A DNA stretch of 64,000 nucleotides from assembly GCA_020629795.1 (NCBI GenBank), contig JAHDCR010000001.1:88443-152442 (forward strand), written 5' to 3'. Positions 23,262 through 33,497 of the stretch are shown piece by piece. A program made the translations under genes and the position numbers. The notes beneath the pieces are model-generated. The model had not been told where the DNA came from. It ran no database searches and saw only the letters and a list, made by a program, of their open reading frames with translations. The stretch is from Candidatus Altimarinota bacterium. GTDB taxonomy: Bacteria > Patescibacteriota > Gracilibacteria > BD1-5 > UBA6164. How positions within the stretch are numbered: the first letter of the stretch is position 1; the number at the start of each line of letters is the position of its first letter.

Positions 23262-25631
23262 GTGAAAGTATCCTACAAAGTATTAAAAAAATATATTCCA
23301 GATATTAAAACTCCACAGGAAGTAGCTCAAGACCTTATAATGCATACTGCTGAAGTAGAAGATATTCATAGTGAATCAGATAGCTTTGAAAATATTGTGT
23401 ATGGAGTGATTAAAAGCGTAGAAAATCACCCTGACGCAGATGCGCTCAAACTTTGTATGGTTGATGGAGGTGAATCGGATCTCACTCAAATAGTTTGTGG
23501 TGGCTCAAATTTGGCAATGTGACAAGCTATTGCGCTTGCTAAAGTTGGTGCAAGTGTACTTTGGCATGGTCAAGGAGAACCGGTAGTCATGAAAAAAACA
23601 GCTATTAGAGGAGTAGACAGTTATGGGATGATCTGCGCTTCAGAAGAAATTGGATTGAAAGATGAATACCCAGCAGCATCAGAAACTGAGATTTTAGATC
23701 TCTCTCATATAGAGGCAAAACCAGGGACAAATCTCGCAGAAGTACTTGGGAAGGACGATGTTATTTTAGAAATAGATAACAAAGCAATTAATCATAGACC
23801 TGATTTGTTTTCTCATATAGGTATAGCGAGAGAAATAGCTACAATAGCAGGAAAAAAACTCGGATATAGCATGACTCGAACTGATTTTTCTACACTTCCT
23901 GATCTTGGGATTACAAACGATATCCCTCAAGTAGTGAAAAGATATATGGGGCTTAAAGTGAGTAATGTACAAAATATACCTTCTCCAGATTATGTCCTCG
24001 ATGTGATTAAGTCTCACGATATAGATTCAAAAGGTCTTCTGGTTGATATCACAAATTATTCGCTCTATCTCTACGGACAACCAACTCACTGTTTTGATGC
24101 AGATAAACTTACTGGAAATATCCATATCAGATATGCCAAGGATGGTGAGACCTTTACAGCTCTTAACGATAAACAGTACACACTGACTCCAAGTGATATA
24201 GTGATAGCGGATGAAGTATCAGTTCTAGCTCTCTGATGAATTATCTGAGGAAAAGATTCTGCAGTATCTGACACAACTACAAATATTATTATTGAATCAG
24301 CTTGGTTTGATCAAGCTGTTGTAAGACAATCTGGGAAACGTCTCGGACTTCGTACTGACGCACTCAATGTATTTGAAAAAGACCTTGTAGTAGAGATCAG
24401 AGACACTGGGACTTCCCTGATTATGCAAGAGATTCAAAAACAAATCCCAAACGCAAAACTTGAAGCATTTACTGATGTCTATCCAGAAAAGCAATACGCA
24501 GCAGAAATAGAGTTTGATCTAGAACATATTTGTCGTCTTATCTGAAAAGATTATAGTAAGGATGAAGTTTTAGATATACTTGATAGACTCTTTATCACAG
24601 AAAAAAATGGAGTTTTAGAAATTCCCCTTTGGAGAAAAGATCTCACGAATATAGCAGATATCGCAGAAGAAGTAGCAAGAATAGATGGATATGATAAAAT
24701 TGAAACTACGGTTCCAAGAATAAACCTCTGAGCTATATCACAATCTCCACTGTACAGAGCAAAGAGAGAGTCTCGAAACTACCTAGTTTCTGCAGGATAC
24801 TTTGAGATGTATACTTACTCATTTCTAGATGATACACTTATGTCGAAAGCTCTCGGTAATACCAATAGCTTAGTCCCTATGAAAAATGCTCTGAGTGAAG
24901 AACTCACGCATCTTCGTGGTTCACTTATCCCAAATCTGCTTAAAGCGCTCGAAGAAAACAAGAGAGAGTTTACAAATATGAAACTCTTTGAATGTGAAAA
25001 AGTATTTCTCAGAGAAAACACAGATACTGTATCAGAGCACTACGAACTCTCGTGAGTAGAGCATATATCTTGAGAAAGTGCATACTATCAGATACAAACT
25101 ACACTTTCAGACCTACTCAAGAAACTCGGAGTTTTAAAATATGAATTTAAAGCGACTTCTACAAGTCCAAGTTATGCTCACTCTACTCGAACAGCAGATA
25201 TCATTGTGAGAGGAAAATCAGTAGGATACATATGAGAAATACACCCTAAAGCACTGAAAAACTTTTCACTCACTGGAAGAGTATGATTTTACTCTCTTAA
25301 TATGCAGCTCCTAGAACCAGCTCTCTATGGACTTGTAAAAGCTAGCGAGGTATCAAGCTTTCAAGCAAATAGCTTTGATATCAATTTTGTTGTAGACCTA
25401 ACTACTGCTTGAAGCACAATTGCTGCTGCTATTGAAAAATCAGACACATTAATCACAAGTGTAGAGCTTTTTGACATATATGAGGATGAAGAAAGACTCC
25501 CAGGAAAACGCTCGCTAAGTTTCAAAGTCACAACGCAGTCACTCGAAAAAACGCTCGATGATAGCTTTAAAAATGAGCTCATAAAAACTATTGTGAAAAA
25601 TGTTGAGAAAAAAGGTGGAAGCTTAAGATAA
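23262..25631 (+). CDS. pheT: Phenylalanyl-tRNA synthetase beta subunit
   Basis: (M)KVSYKVLKKYIP, tRNA-binding domain VENHPDADALKLCMVDGG...QIVCGGSN, B3/4 and B5 regions. Track fragments share one frame. GTG 23262 is the likely start (TTG 23256 is the alternative). No pheS is adjacent. Confidence 0.9.
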
Positions 25632-25645
25632 TTTAAAATAAAAAT

Positions 25646-26767
25646 ATGAAGAAAATAATCTATATTTGAATATTGATATTACTGAATATTTTGATAATCA
25701 CGTCTAACGCAAATGCGCAAGTTACTAGTGAATTAACAGATCGAATTGATCCATTTATTTGTAATGCTTCTAGTAGTGAAAAAGAGCTTATTCGGAAAAA
25801 TGCTTGGAAAAATTACATTACCCTACTCAAGAAACCTGGTAACTCTCAAAGAGAAAAACTTTCAAAAGATATATTATATTATGTGATGAAAAAAATTGAT
25901 AGTTCTGAAAATGAACTTAGCTGAGCAAGTGAGAGATATACATTTTCATCATACTATACATCACTTGTGGATCATAAGCTCTTATGAACTTTCCTAATTA
26001 ACAAGGATACAAAGGAAATTGATGTATCAGTCAAAATCCCTGGTGCTAATAAATCAACCTTCTCAGGACCTCTGATTATATTTGAAGATGGTAAGCCTTT
26101 TTCGAAGTGAGAAGTACTAAATAACGTATGAGTATTTAAAAAAATACAATTTAAAAGATGATCAGTATATGAATTTGTGTGAGATTTTTCTGCTCCATTT
26201 TCAACATGACCAATTCGATTAAACATCCAAGTATGATGTAAAGAATATGGCCTCAATACCTTTGACAGATCTCTCACTCAATACTATACAGATGAAATTG
26301 AAGTAATGAGATATGATGATTATGATAAATATTTTCAAGAAATTTATGTTTACCAGAGCAAGGAAAATCTGGAAAACTGAAAAAAACATCAAAATCTTGA
26401 AATATGAAAATTCATGGCAATGTATGAAAAAAATATTGAGTCATTTAAGGTTCAATTGAATTATAATACAACTCAGTTTTTTTGAGATATTATAATCTAT
26501 GAGGACTGAAGAAAGATACAAACAGGTAAAATAAATACCAGAAATACTTGATATCCAAGTAAATTAGCAGCCAGCGAGGTTGTCTTCAAAAACATATCAT
26601 TAAAGCCTTTTTCAACCTACACAATAAGCTGAAATATTGATGTAGACTTTTCCTGAGGAATTTGGGAAGATTCTTCTTACTGAATAACTTGAGCTACATT
26701 TATTCCATACCTTTATATCGATCAGAAGGAATATAAACTTAATATGTTTAGTGTATCTTATAAATAA
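25646..26767 (+). CDS. Secreted hypothetical protein
   Basis: MKKIIYIGILILLNILIITSNANA is a signal peptide. 373 aa, many TGA-Gly codons, no family recognised. Confidence 0.5.
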
Positions 26768-26885
26768 TGCCAAAATTCTTTTGACTAAACTCTAGTTTTT
26801 TATATAATCCCGAGGCTTAGTAATAGGTTCTGCGGAATCTATGGCCCCAAACCACACTAATTTATACATATTAATTTACTCAAGC

Positions 26886-27188
26886 ATGCCTATCATAGCA
26901 TCTGCAAAGAAAGCACTCAGACAAAACAAAACAAAGAATGCGAGAAACACTCACTTCAAAAAAATGTATACTGAGTCAAGAGTTGCTTTTGAAAAAGCAA
27001 TCAAAGCTGGAGACCTTAAAGCTGCAAAAGCACTTTACGTGAACCAAACAGAAGGTGGATCTACATCAAAATCAGGTTTACAATCTGTTATTGATAAACT
27101 TGTAAAAAAGAATATAATCCATCCTAACAACGGTTCTAGAAAAAAATCAAAATTCGTAAGAATGATGAAAAACCTAGAACAAGCTTAA
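26886..27188 (+). CDS. rpsT: 30S ribosomal protein S20
   Basis: MPIIASAKKALRQNKTKNARNTHFKKMY... Confidence 0.85.
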   Translation: MPIIASAKKALRQNKTKNARNTHFKKMYTESRVAFEKAIKAGDLKAAKALYVNQTEGGSTSKSGLQSVIDKLVKKNIIHPNNGSRKKSKFVRMMKNLEQA

Positions 27189-27203
27189 TTTCTACCTATC
27201 TGA

Positions 27204-27716
27204 ATGAAAGAGAAAAGAAAACGACTAAACTGAGACATACGTGCTGATAGAGTACAGGTTATACACGACGAGGAGGGAAACCTCTGAGAAATGTCTCTTT
27301 CTGAGGCTCTTACAAGAGCAAGAGAAGAAGAGCTTGATCTCATGGAAATGAGTCATAAAGATGGTATAACTATGGTAAAGATTCTCGATTACGGGAAATA
27401 TCTCTACAGACAAAAGAAACAACAACAGAAACAACAGCAAAAGTGAAAAACTCCTGATATGAAAACGATTCGTATCACCTATAAGATTGGAGAACACGAC
27501 ATTGAGGTTAAGAAAAAACAAGTTGCAAAGTTTGCAGCAGACGGACATCCACTTAAAGTGAGTCTGATGCTCAGATGAAGAGAAAATCATTACGGTGAAC
27601 TGGCAGCAAAAAAAATAGACGCATTTATAACGGATATTGCAGAGTGGTATACTCCTCACGCACCAGTAAAACGGTCAGGAAATACTTTCAATGTATTACT
27701 CAAAGTAAAAAAATAA
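27204..27716 (+). CDS. infC: Translation initiation factor IF-3
   Basis: RLNGDIRADRVQVIHDEEGNLGEMSLSEALTRAREEELDLMEM...KILDYGKYLY...KTIRITYKIGEHDIEVK...FAADGHPLKVSLMLRGRE. Confidence 0.9.
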
Positions 27717-27732
27717 TTCTAATTATACACCT

Positions 27733-27933
27733 ATGTTAAAAACAAGAAGTGGAGTTAAAAAAAGACTCAAAGTAACAGGTACTGGGAAAATCAAACTCGG
27801 AAAAGCTTGTAAAAGACATTTACTTTCAAACAAGTCTAGCAAAGCAAAAGGACGAAATAAATACGGACTTATTGTTGCAGATGCTGAAGTGAAGAAAATC
27901 AAAAGACAAATCCCTCACTCACTAAGAGGATAA
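27733..27933 (+). CDS. rpmI: 50S ribosomal protein L35
   Basis: MLKTRSGVKKRLKVTGTGKIKLGKACKRHLL. Intact in the ORF track, with no TGA. Confidence 0.95.
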   Translation: MLKTRSGVKKRLKVTGTGKIKLGKACKRHLLSNKSSKAKGRNKYGLIVADAEVKKIKRQIPHSLRG

Positions 27934-27961
27934 TTTATTACAACTATAACACTACCCTACT

Positions 27962-28306
27962 ATGGTAAGAGTAAAAAGAGCACTTATGACAAAAAAACGT
28001 CATAAAAAAATCCTTAAGGCAACAAAAGGTTTCAGACAACTAAACTCTCGAGTATTCTCAAGAGCTAAAAATGCTTGGATGAAAGCTGGTACAAATGCTT
28101 ATATCGGGAGAAGACTAAAGAAAAGAAATTTCAGAAGACTTTGGACAGTACGTATTAATAACGCTGTAAGAGCTGAAGGATCTACGTATTCTAAGTTTAT
28201 TAATCTTCTATACAAGAAAAAAGTAACACTCAACAGAAAAGTACTTTCAAATATGGCTATTAGCCACCCTGAAGTATTCAAAAAAGTTGTAGCATTCGTT
28301 AAATAA
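27962..28306 (+). CDS. rplT: 50S ribosomal protein L20
   Basis: MVRVKRALMTKKRHKKILKATKGFRQ...AYIGRRLKKRNFRRLW. Intact in the ORF track. Confidence 0.95.
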   Translation: MVRVKRALMTKKRHKKILKATKGFRQLNSRVFSRAKNAWMKAGTNAYIGRRLKKRNFRRLWTVRINNAVRAEGSTYSKFINLLYKKKVTLNRKVLSNMAISHPEVFKKVVAFVK

Positions 28307-28335
28307 GAATTCCATTTCGGAGTTCTTTTTTTTGA
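28307..28335 (+). terminator. Rho-independent terminator
   Basis: AGAATTCCatttcGGAGTTCT (8 bp including one G-U pair) followed by a T-run. Confidence 0.6.
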
Positions 28336-28363
28336 GAAAAATTTTAAACCTAATTTTATTACT

Positions 28364-28630
28364 ATGACAGCATATAATAGTGAAATAGCTCGAGAAATAT
28401 ATCAAGAACTAATGCAAGATGATTCTAAAGAATACCCTATAACTGCACTCGTTGTAAACGGAATATTAGATAATTTTGTATATTGAACTCATGAGTCATA
28501 CCCAAATTGAATTGGTGAAACCATGCATGTAGAAGTAAAATGAAAAGATTTACTCAAAGATTCTTGGCAGAAAGTAAAAGCATCAGTTCAAAAAGCTTTA
28601 GATAAACAAACAGAGCAAATAGCTGCTTAA
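28364..28630 (+). CDS. Hypothetical protein (88 aa)
   Basis: ATG 28364 to TAA 28628-28630, three TGA-Gly codons. No family recognised. Confidence 0.45.
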
Positions 28631-28780
28631 ATATATACTATTTTCTTACAAAATTTTTCTATACTTCTGCGAGCAATATTTCTTAATACTGTACTATGAA
28701 ACAACAAAAAAAATTTGATATAACTATCTTTACACTCGTTCGAAAAAACATTCATAATGTACTTATCGGTTGAAACACAG

Positions 28781-28805
28781 AAAAAGCAGCTTAAGCTGCT
28801 TTTTT
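28781..28805. terminator. Palindromic bidirectional terminator with TTAA loop
   Basis: aaaaAGCAGCttaaGCTGCTtttt. The TAA of the minus-strand gene (28791-28793) is in the loop. Confidence 0.65.
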
Positions 28806-29075
28806 ATTTGTATTGACTGATGCATGAAGTGGGATAACATTTTTGTTCTCTACTACTGGAGGTATATTTATATTCGCTATTTCCAATCTTTTTGTGTTTA
28901 CATGATTCCAAAGTTGATCTGGTGACATAAACTGTTCATCTAACCATCACATAATTCAATAACGAACCTTTGAGCTTTCTTCTACTACTTCTAAAGCTAC
29001 CTCATCAGCTCACTCAAAGTGATCTCTTAGTTTAATGACGTTATCAGCTGAAATATTTTCTGCTTCTCAGGACAT
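28791..29075 (-). CDS. Hypothetical protein (94 aa)
   Basis: ATG 29073-29075 to TAA 28791-28793, four TGA-Gly codons. No family recognised. Confidence 0.45.
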
Positions 29076-29175
29076 ATGAGTATGGGATAAATAATATACT
29101 ACTATATTATCATATCTTTTTTTACACTGCAAATATGTGTTTTTTACCCAGTAAATAGATAAATACTTTTATAAA

Positions 29176-29202
29176 TTGGCACTCAAAGTTAAAAAGTGCT
29201 AA
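29176..29202. promoter_or_regulatory. CIRCE-like inverted repeat (HrcA operator type)
   Basis: TTGGCACTC-N9-AAGTGCTAA compared with consensus TTAGCACTC-N9-GAGTGCTAA (2 mismatches). Lies 125 nt upstream of the dnaK ATG. Confidence 0.55.
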
Positions 29203-29209
29203 AAAAGTT

Positions 29210-29237
29210 TTGACGAGGATTATTTTTTTAATAAAAT
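29210..29237 (+). promoter_or_regulatory. Candidate dnaK promoter
   Basis: TTGACG-N16-TAAAAT. Confidence 0.4.
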
Positions 29238-29326
29238 ACTCATAATTCCTCAGAACTTCTTTTGATATATCTAAAGACTGCCAGATGAGGAATGCTTAAA
29301 AATATTAAAACTTAAATTTATATACT

Positions 29327-31219
29327 ATGTGAAAAATTATTGGTATCGATCTTGGTACGACTAATTCAGCTGTTGCCTTTATGGAAGGTGGTGAAGCAAA
29401 AATCATCCCAAATGCTGAAGGAAATAGAACAACTCCAAGTATCGTAGCAAACAAAGATGGAAGTATTATTGTGGGGACTCCAGCAAAAAGACAGGCTATC
29501 ACTAACCCTGCAGGAACAATATTTTCTGCAAAAAGATTCATTGGTAGAAAATATGATGAAGTAGCTGATGAAATAAAAAACGTTCCATATGAAGTAGTAA
29601 AAGGAAAAGATGGAGCAGCTCTTATCAAATTTGACGGAAAAGAAGTGAGACCAGAAGAAATTGGAGCGCATGTACTTATGAAGCTCAAAGAAGATGCTGA
29701 AAAATTTCTTGGTTCTACTGTAACTGAGGCTGTTATTACCGTTCCTGCTTACTTTAATGATGATCAAAGACAAGCTACTATCAACGCTGGTAAAATCGCT
29801 GGTCTTGAAGTAAAAAGAATCGTAAACGAACCTACAGCTGCTGCCCTCGCGTACGGAGCTGGAAAAGGAAAAAATGAAAAAATTGCAGTATACGACTTTG
29901 GTGGTGGTACATTTGATATTTCTATCCTAGAGCTTTCTGACGAAGGAACATTTGAAGTACTCTCTACAAACGGTGATACGCACCTTGGTGGTGATGACTT
30001 TGATAAAATAATTACAGAGTGGATTATTGATGAATTTAAAAAGGATCAAGCAATAGACCTCGCTAATGACCCAATGGCACTCCAAAGAGTACGTGATGAA
30101 GCTGAAAAAGCGAAAAAAGAACTCTCTACTACTCAAGATTATGATATCAATCTACCATATATCACGGTTGACTCATCAGGACCTAAAAACCTCATGATGA
30201 CACTGACTCGAACAAAGTTTGAAGAACTCATTTCAGACCTTGTGGAAAGAAGTTTAAAACCTTGTAAAGAAGTACTGAAAGACGCTGGTCTCAAAGCATC
30301 TGATCTCAATCAGGTACTTATGGTTGGTGGTTCTACAAGAGTACCACTTGTTATGCAAAAAGTTGAAGCATTCTTTGGTCGTAAACCTAATACAGGTATC
30401 AACCCAGATGAATCAGTAGCGATGGGTGCTGCTATCCAGGCAGGTATCATCGGTGGAGACGTTACAGATGTACTTCTCCTCGACGTTACTCCTCTCACGC
30501 TCGGTATAGAAACTATGGGTGGAGTACGAACTCCTATGATCGCAAGAAATACAACGATTCCAGCGAACAAATCAGAAACATTCTCAACGGCTGTTGATAA
30601 CCAACCTAGTGTTGAAATCCATGTACTCCAAGGAGAACGAGAAATGGCTGCAGACAATAAATCTCTCGGTAGATTTATGCTTGACGGTATTGCTCCAGCT
30701 CCAAGAGGAGTACCACAAATCGAAGTATCGTTTGATATCGATGCAAACGGGGTTCTCCACGTAACAGCAAAAGATAAAGGAACTGGGAAAGAACAAAAAA
30801 TTACTATCCAAGGATCAACTGGTATGGACGAAGCAGAAGTTGATAAACTCGTAAAAGAAGCAGAAGCAAAAAAAGAAGAAGATAAAGCGAAAAAAGACAT
30901 GGTAGATGCTCGAAACGGTGCTGACTCGGCAGTAGCTCAAGCTGAAAAGCTCATGGCTGATAATGCTGATAAAGTAAGTGAAGAAGATAAAACACTCCTC
31001 GAAGATAAGATTAAAGATGTTAAAGAAGTTCTTGCAAAATCAGACGCAACGAAAGAAGATTTTGAAGCTCCAAGTAAAGCACTTCAAGACGCACTTATGC
31101 AAGTAGGACAAAAAATCTACTCTCAAGCTGACGCGTCTGAAGCTCCTCAAGATGGAGCAGCAGAATCTCAAAAAGCTGATGGTGAAGATGATGTTCAAGA
31201 TGGTGAAGTAGAAAAATAG
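29327..31219 (+). CDS. dnaK: Chaperone DnaK (Hsp70)
   Basis: True start is ATG 29327 followed by TGA, giving [27 protein letters not shown] and other Hsp70 motifs are present. The track ORF 29381-31219 is the in-frame remainder. Confidence 0.98.
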
Positions 31220-31221
31220 TC

Positions 31222-31246
31222 AAAAAGACCCGCAAGGGTCTTTTTT
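31222..31246 (+). terminator. Rho-independent terminator
   Basis: AAAAGACCCgcaaGGGTCTTTTTT. Confidence 0.85.
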
Positions 31247-31272
31247 GAAATTAAAACTTAAAGGAAAGTTAG

Positions 31273-31842
31273 ATGAACACTATTGATGATTACTTAAACT
31301 TCTTGCATAGAGAAATATCACTCGCATTTAAAAATTATGAAATAATAAAATACTGTTTTATTAATGAATCTCAAATTGATTGAATTAACCAAAATCTATT
31401 AGAAAATAGACATTTCTGGGGAGTAATTAAAATTTCATGTCTTTCAACATGTATATTAAGTTTACATAGGATAATTGATGAAGATAATAATTATTTAAAT
31501 AAACTAAATAAAATATTATTTGATACAAAAAAATTTAACCCAAATGAATTAAAAACTATATTAGATATTATTAAAAAGAATCAAAATATATGGAAAAGCC
31601 AAAATTTCAAAAATTTAAGGGATAAGATAATTGCTCATTATGATGAAAACAATGGCATTTATGATTTAAACCTAACTCAAAAAAATATTGAAACTCTTAT
31701 ACATGATATATATTTTATCTTTTGGGCAATATTTGAAAAAATACATAATAACCGAGTTATCTCCTATGAAGATTTTAATCTCAATAATTTTTTAAAAAAT
31801 TCAACTAGTATGGAGGATGAATTAAATAAACTCCTAAATTAA
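31273..31842 (+). CDS. Hypothetical protein with HEPN-like R-x5-H motif
   Basis: 189 aa in a very AT-rich gene, with a single TGA. ...NFKNLRDKIIAHYDENN fits the HEPN Rx4-6H signature seen in Abi-type proteins. Confidence 0.4.
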
Positions 31843-31849
31843 AAAAAAT

Positions 31850-31876
31850 AAAACAGCCTCAGGCTGTTTTTATTTT
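31850..31876 (+). terminator. Rho-independent terminator
   Basis: AAAACAGCCtcaGGCTGTTTTTATTTT. Confidence 0.8.
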
Positions 31877-31888
31877 GATTTAAATATT

Positions 31889-31916
31889 TTGACTTTAATT
31901 TAAATATAATTATAAA
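31889..31916 (+). promoter_or_regulatory. Candidate promoter of a small RNA
   Basis: TTGACT-N16-TATAAA at the AT-rich/GC-rich boundary. Confidence 0.45.
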
Positions 31917-31922
31917 TATCTA

Positions 31923-32084
31923 ACTAGAGCATTTACCCTATCTCAGCCAAGATAGATAGGTCTAACCTCGTGGCCTCGTGTTTTTGCTCAGTAGAGAGCT
32001 CCGAGATTGTCCCTGCACTCGGTAAGCTCATCACTTGTTCCCTTCTCATGCGACCTTTGGGTTGTATGAAAAGGGAACTTTTTT
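31923..32084 (+). ncRNA. Candidate small structured RNA of about 160 nt, class unknown
   Basis: Promoter-like element upstream, no ORF, and GC-richer than its surroundings. Helices 31938-43/31950-55 and 31996-32005/32018-29. Extended terminator hairpin 32037-32078 (GTTCCCTT...AAGGGAAC with inner CATGCGACC/GGTTGTATG) plus a T-run of six. Confidence 0.35.
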
Positions 32085-32108
32085 ATTATTATATTATTTA
32101 AAATAAAC

Positions 32109-32140
32109 AAAAGCCCCGACCTACAGGCCGGAGCTTTAAA
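32109..32140 (-). terminator. Terminator hairpin downstream of the transporter gene (copy 1 of a hairpin pair)
   Basis: GCCCCGACCtacaGGCCGGAGC (32113-32134) flanked by A- and T-runs. Confidence 0.6.
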
Positions 32141-32183
32141 ATTTTCAAGTTTCAAACGAGCACTTTTATTGTGCCGGGAGAAA

Positions 32184-33398
32184 TTAGTGACTGTAAGATA
32201 CGATATCCATAGTTACACCAAGCATCTCTGCAAAGTGAACAATGGCACCAGACTCCATCATAATCCAGGAGCTACATGCAAGCATCAATACCAATGGAAT
32301 CATGAGAAGCGTATATAGGACAGCCTCTTGAGTATGTCCGCGAGACTTGAATCCGGGAATCCAGCCAAAAGTTGACTGTGCCCAACTTGGGAGATCATTG
32401 TAGTCAAGTCGTCCCTTGAAAACCATGATAGCAACCAACGATGAAAAGACGAACATTGGTGCACCAAGAGCTAAAAAAATAAGCCCCCAATAGAAACCGT
32501 CAAGTGAGTCAACTGCTGGAGCCATTGCTCCGGCAAACGGTGAAGATACCATTGCACCTAAAAACATCATCGGCCCCTCCAGATAAGGTTGGATATAAAC
32601 AGCCGATCCCTGTAGGGTCAAGATAAGAGCCAAGAAAATAAGCCCAAGCGCTACAGCTGCTCCATCTTTAAGTTCATGAAGTGTTTTATCCACAAGTTCT
32701 ATCGTGCGGCCACGAATAGAGGTATACACAAGCAATACACCTATAGCAAAGACGGCTTCATGACTAAAGATAATAATCATTAGTCCTATCACAAACTCAC
32801 TCATAGCCAACTTTTGAGACGAATCAAAGTCCGTTGCTTCCATCTTCACTGGCACCCATTTTGCAGCCATATAGGCAGTAATCAGACAGACCGGTGTTGC
32901 AGCAAGCAAGAACGGAAGTCCTGCAACAAGATTAGACTGGCCATTTGTAATAAACCAAGGAAGTCCCCAGAGTTCACCCAAATAAAAGCCTCCCCCAACT
33001 GTCAGAGCGTTGAACGCTGCCACAGCTTTGACAACGAACTGATTAAATCGACTTCCATCTCCCAAGTCGATAAAGATAACTCCTGTTGCCAAAAGTAACA
33101 CTACTGCAAAACTATCAAAGAGCAACGATATATGCCCCGCGAAGACAATCAAGCAAAAGGTTGACCATCTGGCTGACTGAGGAAAAAAGACCGGAATCTT
33201 CAGACCACAATAACTCACAAGCATGGTTAGGTAAATTGCCACCCCCAATGTCTGAGCAACAGCCGACTTAAGAATTGGCTCATGAGCCAGGTATGCCTCA
33301 GCTCCCCATATCACCATTCCCAGTCCACATAAAGCTCCGAGAACTATCCCTTCCATAGACAAAAAGCTAGACTCTGTTTTATTTTGATTTTCAGACAT
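32184..33398 (-). CDS. Multi-pass membrane transporter-like protein, family unresolved
   Basis: Intact 404-aa ORF in the track, with 11-12 hydrophobic segments and no TGA codon. Clearly higher GC and G/C-ending codons (CTG, GCG, GGG, CCG) than neighbouring genes. AGAGAGG lies 10 nt before the ATG. Confidence 0.8.
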   Translation of the reverse strand: MSENQNKTESSFLSMEGIVLGALCGLGMVIWGAEAYLAHEPILKSAVAQTLGVAIYLTMLVSYCGLKIPVFFPQSARWSTFCLIVFAGHISLLFDSFAVVLLLATGVIFIDLGDGSRFNQFVVKAVAAFNALTVGGGFYLGELWGLPWFITNGQSNLVAGLPFLLAATPVCLITAYMAAKWVPVKMEATDFDSSQKLAMSEFVIGLMIIIFSHEAVFAIGVLLVYTSIRGRTIELVDKTLHELKDGAAVALGLIFLALILTLQGSAVYIQPYLEGPMMFLGAMVSSPFAGAMAPAVDSLDGFYWGLIFLALGAPMFVFSSLVAIMVFKGRLDYNDLPSWAQSTFGWIPGFKSRGHTQEAVLYTLLMIPLVLMLACSSWIMMESGAIVHFAEMLGVTMDIVSYSH

Positions 33399-33497
33399 TT
33401 CGATATTACCTCTCTATATTTCGAAAAAACGTCGGAAAAGATTATTAATATTTAATAAAGAAAGTCAATTTCTATTGAATATGAAAAATATAAATGT

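Noticed and set aside
28696-28794. A 32-codon plus-strand mini-ORF (MKQQKKFDITIFTLVRKNIHNVLIGGNTEKAA) ending in the terminator palindrome.
   Set aside because: It is too short, has no RBS or homology, and its end is dictated by the hairpin. It is not reported as a gene.
29305-30900. Long minus-strand track ORFs inside dnaK (29305-29688, 29366-29773, 30310-30900). Similar ORFs lie opposite infC (27225-27659), secA (6001-6462), the PKD protein (8264-8743, 8867-9259), rplA (47656-47964), the tig antisense strand and the giant ORF (61727-61993, 62746-63108, 63140-63421).
   Set aside because: They are antisense shadows of well-supported genes on the other strand, with low-complexity translations and no motifs.
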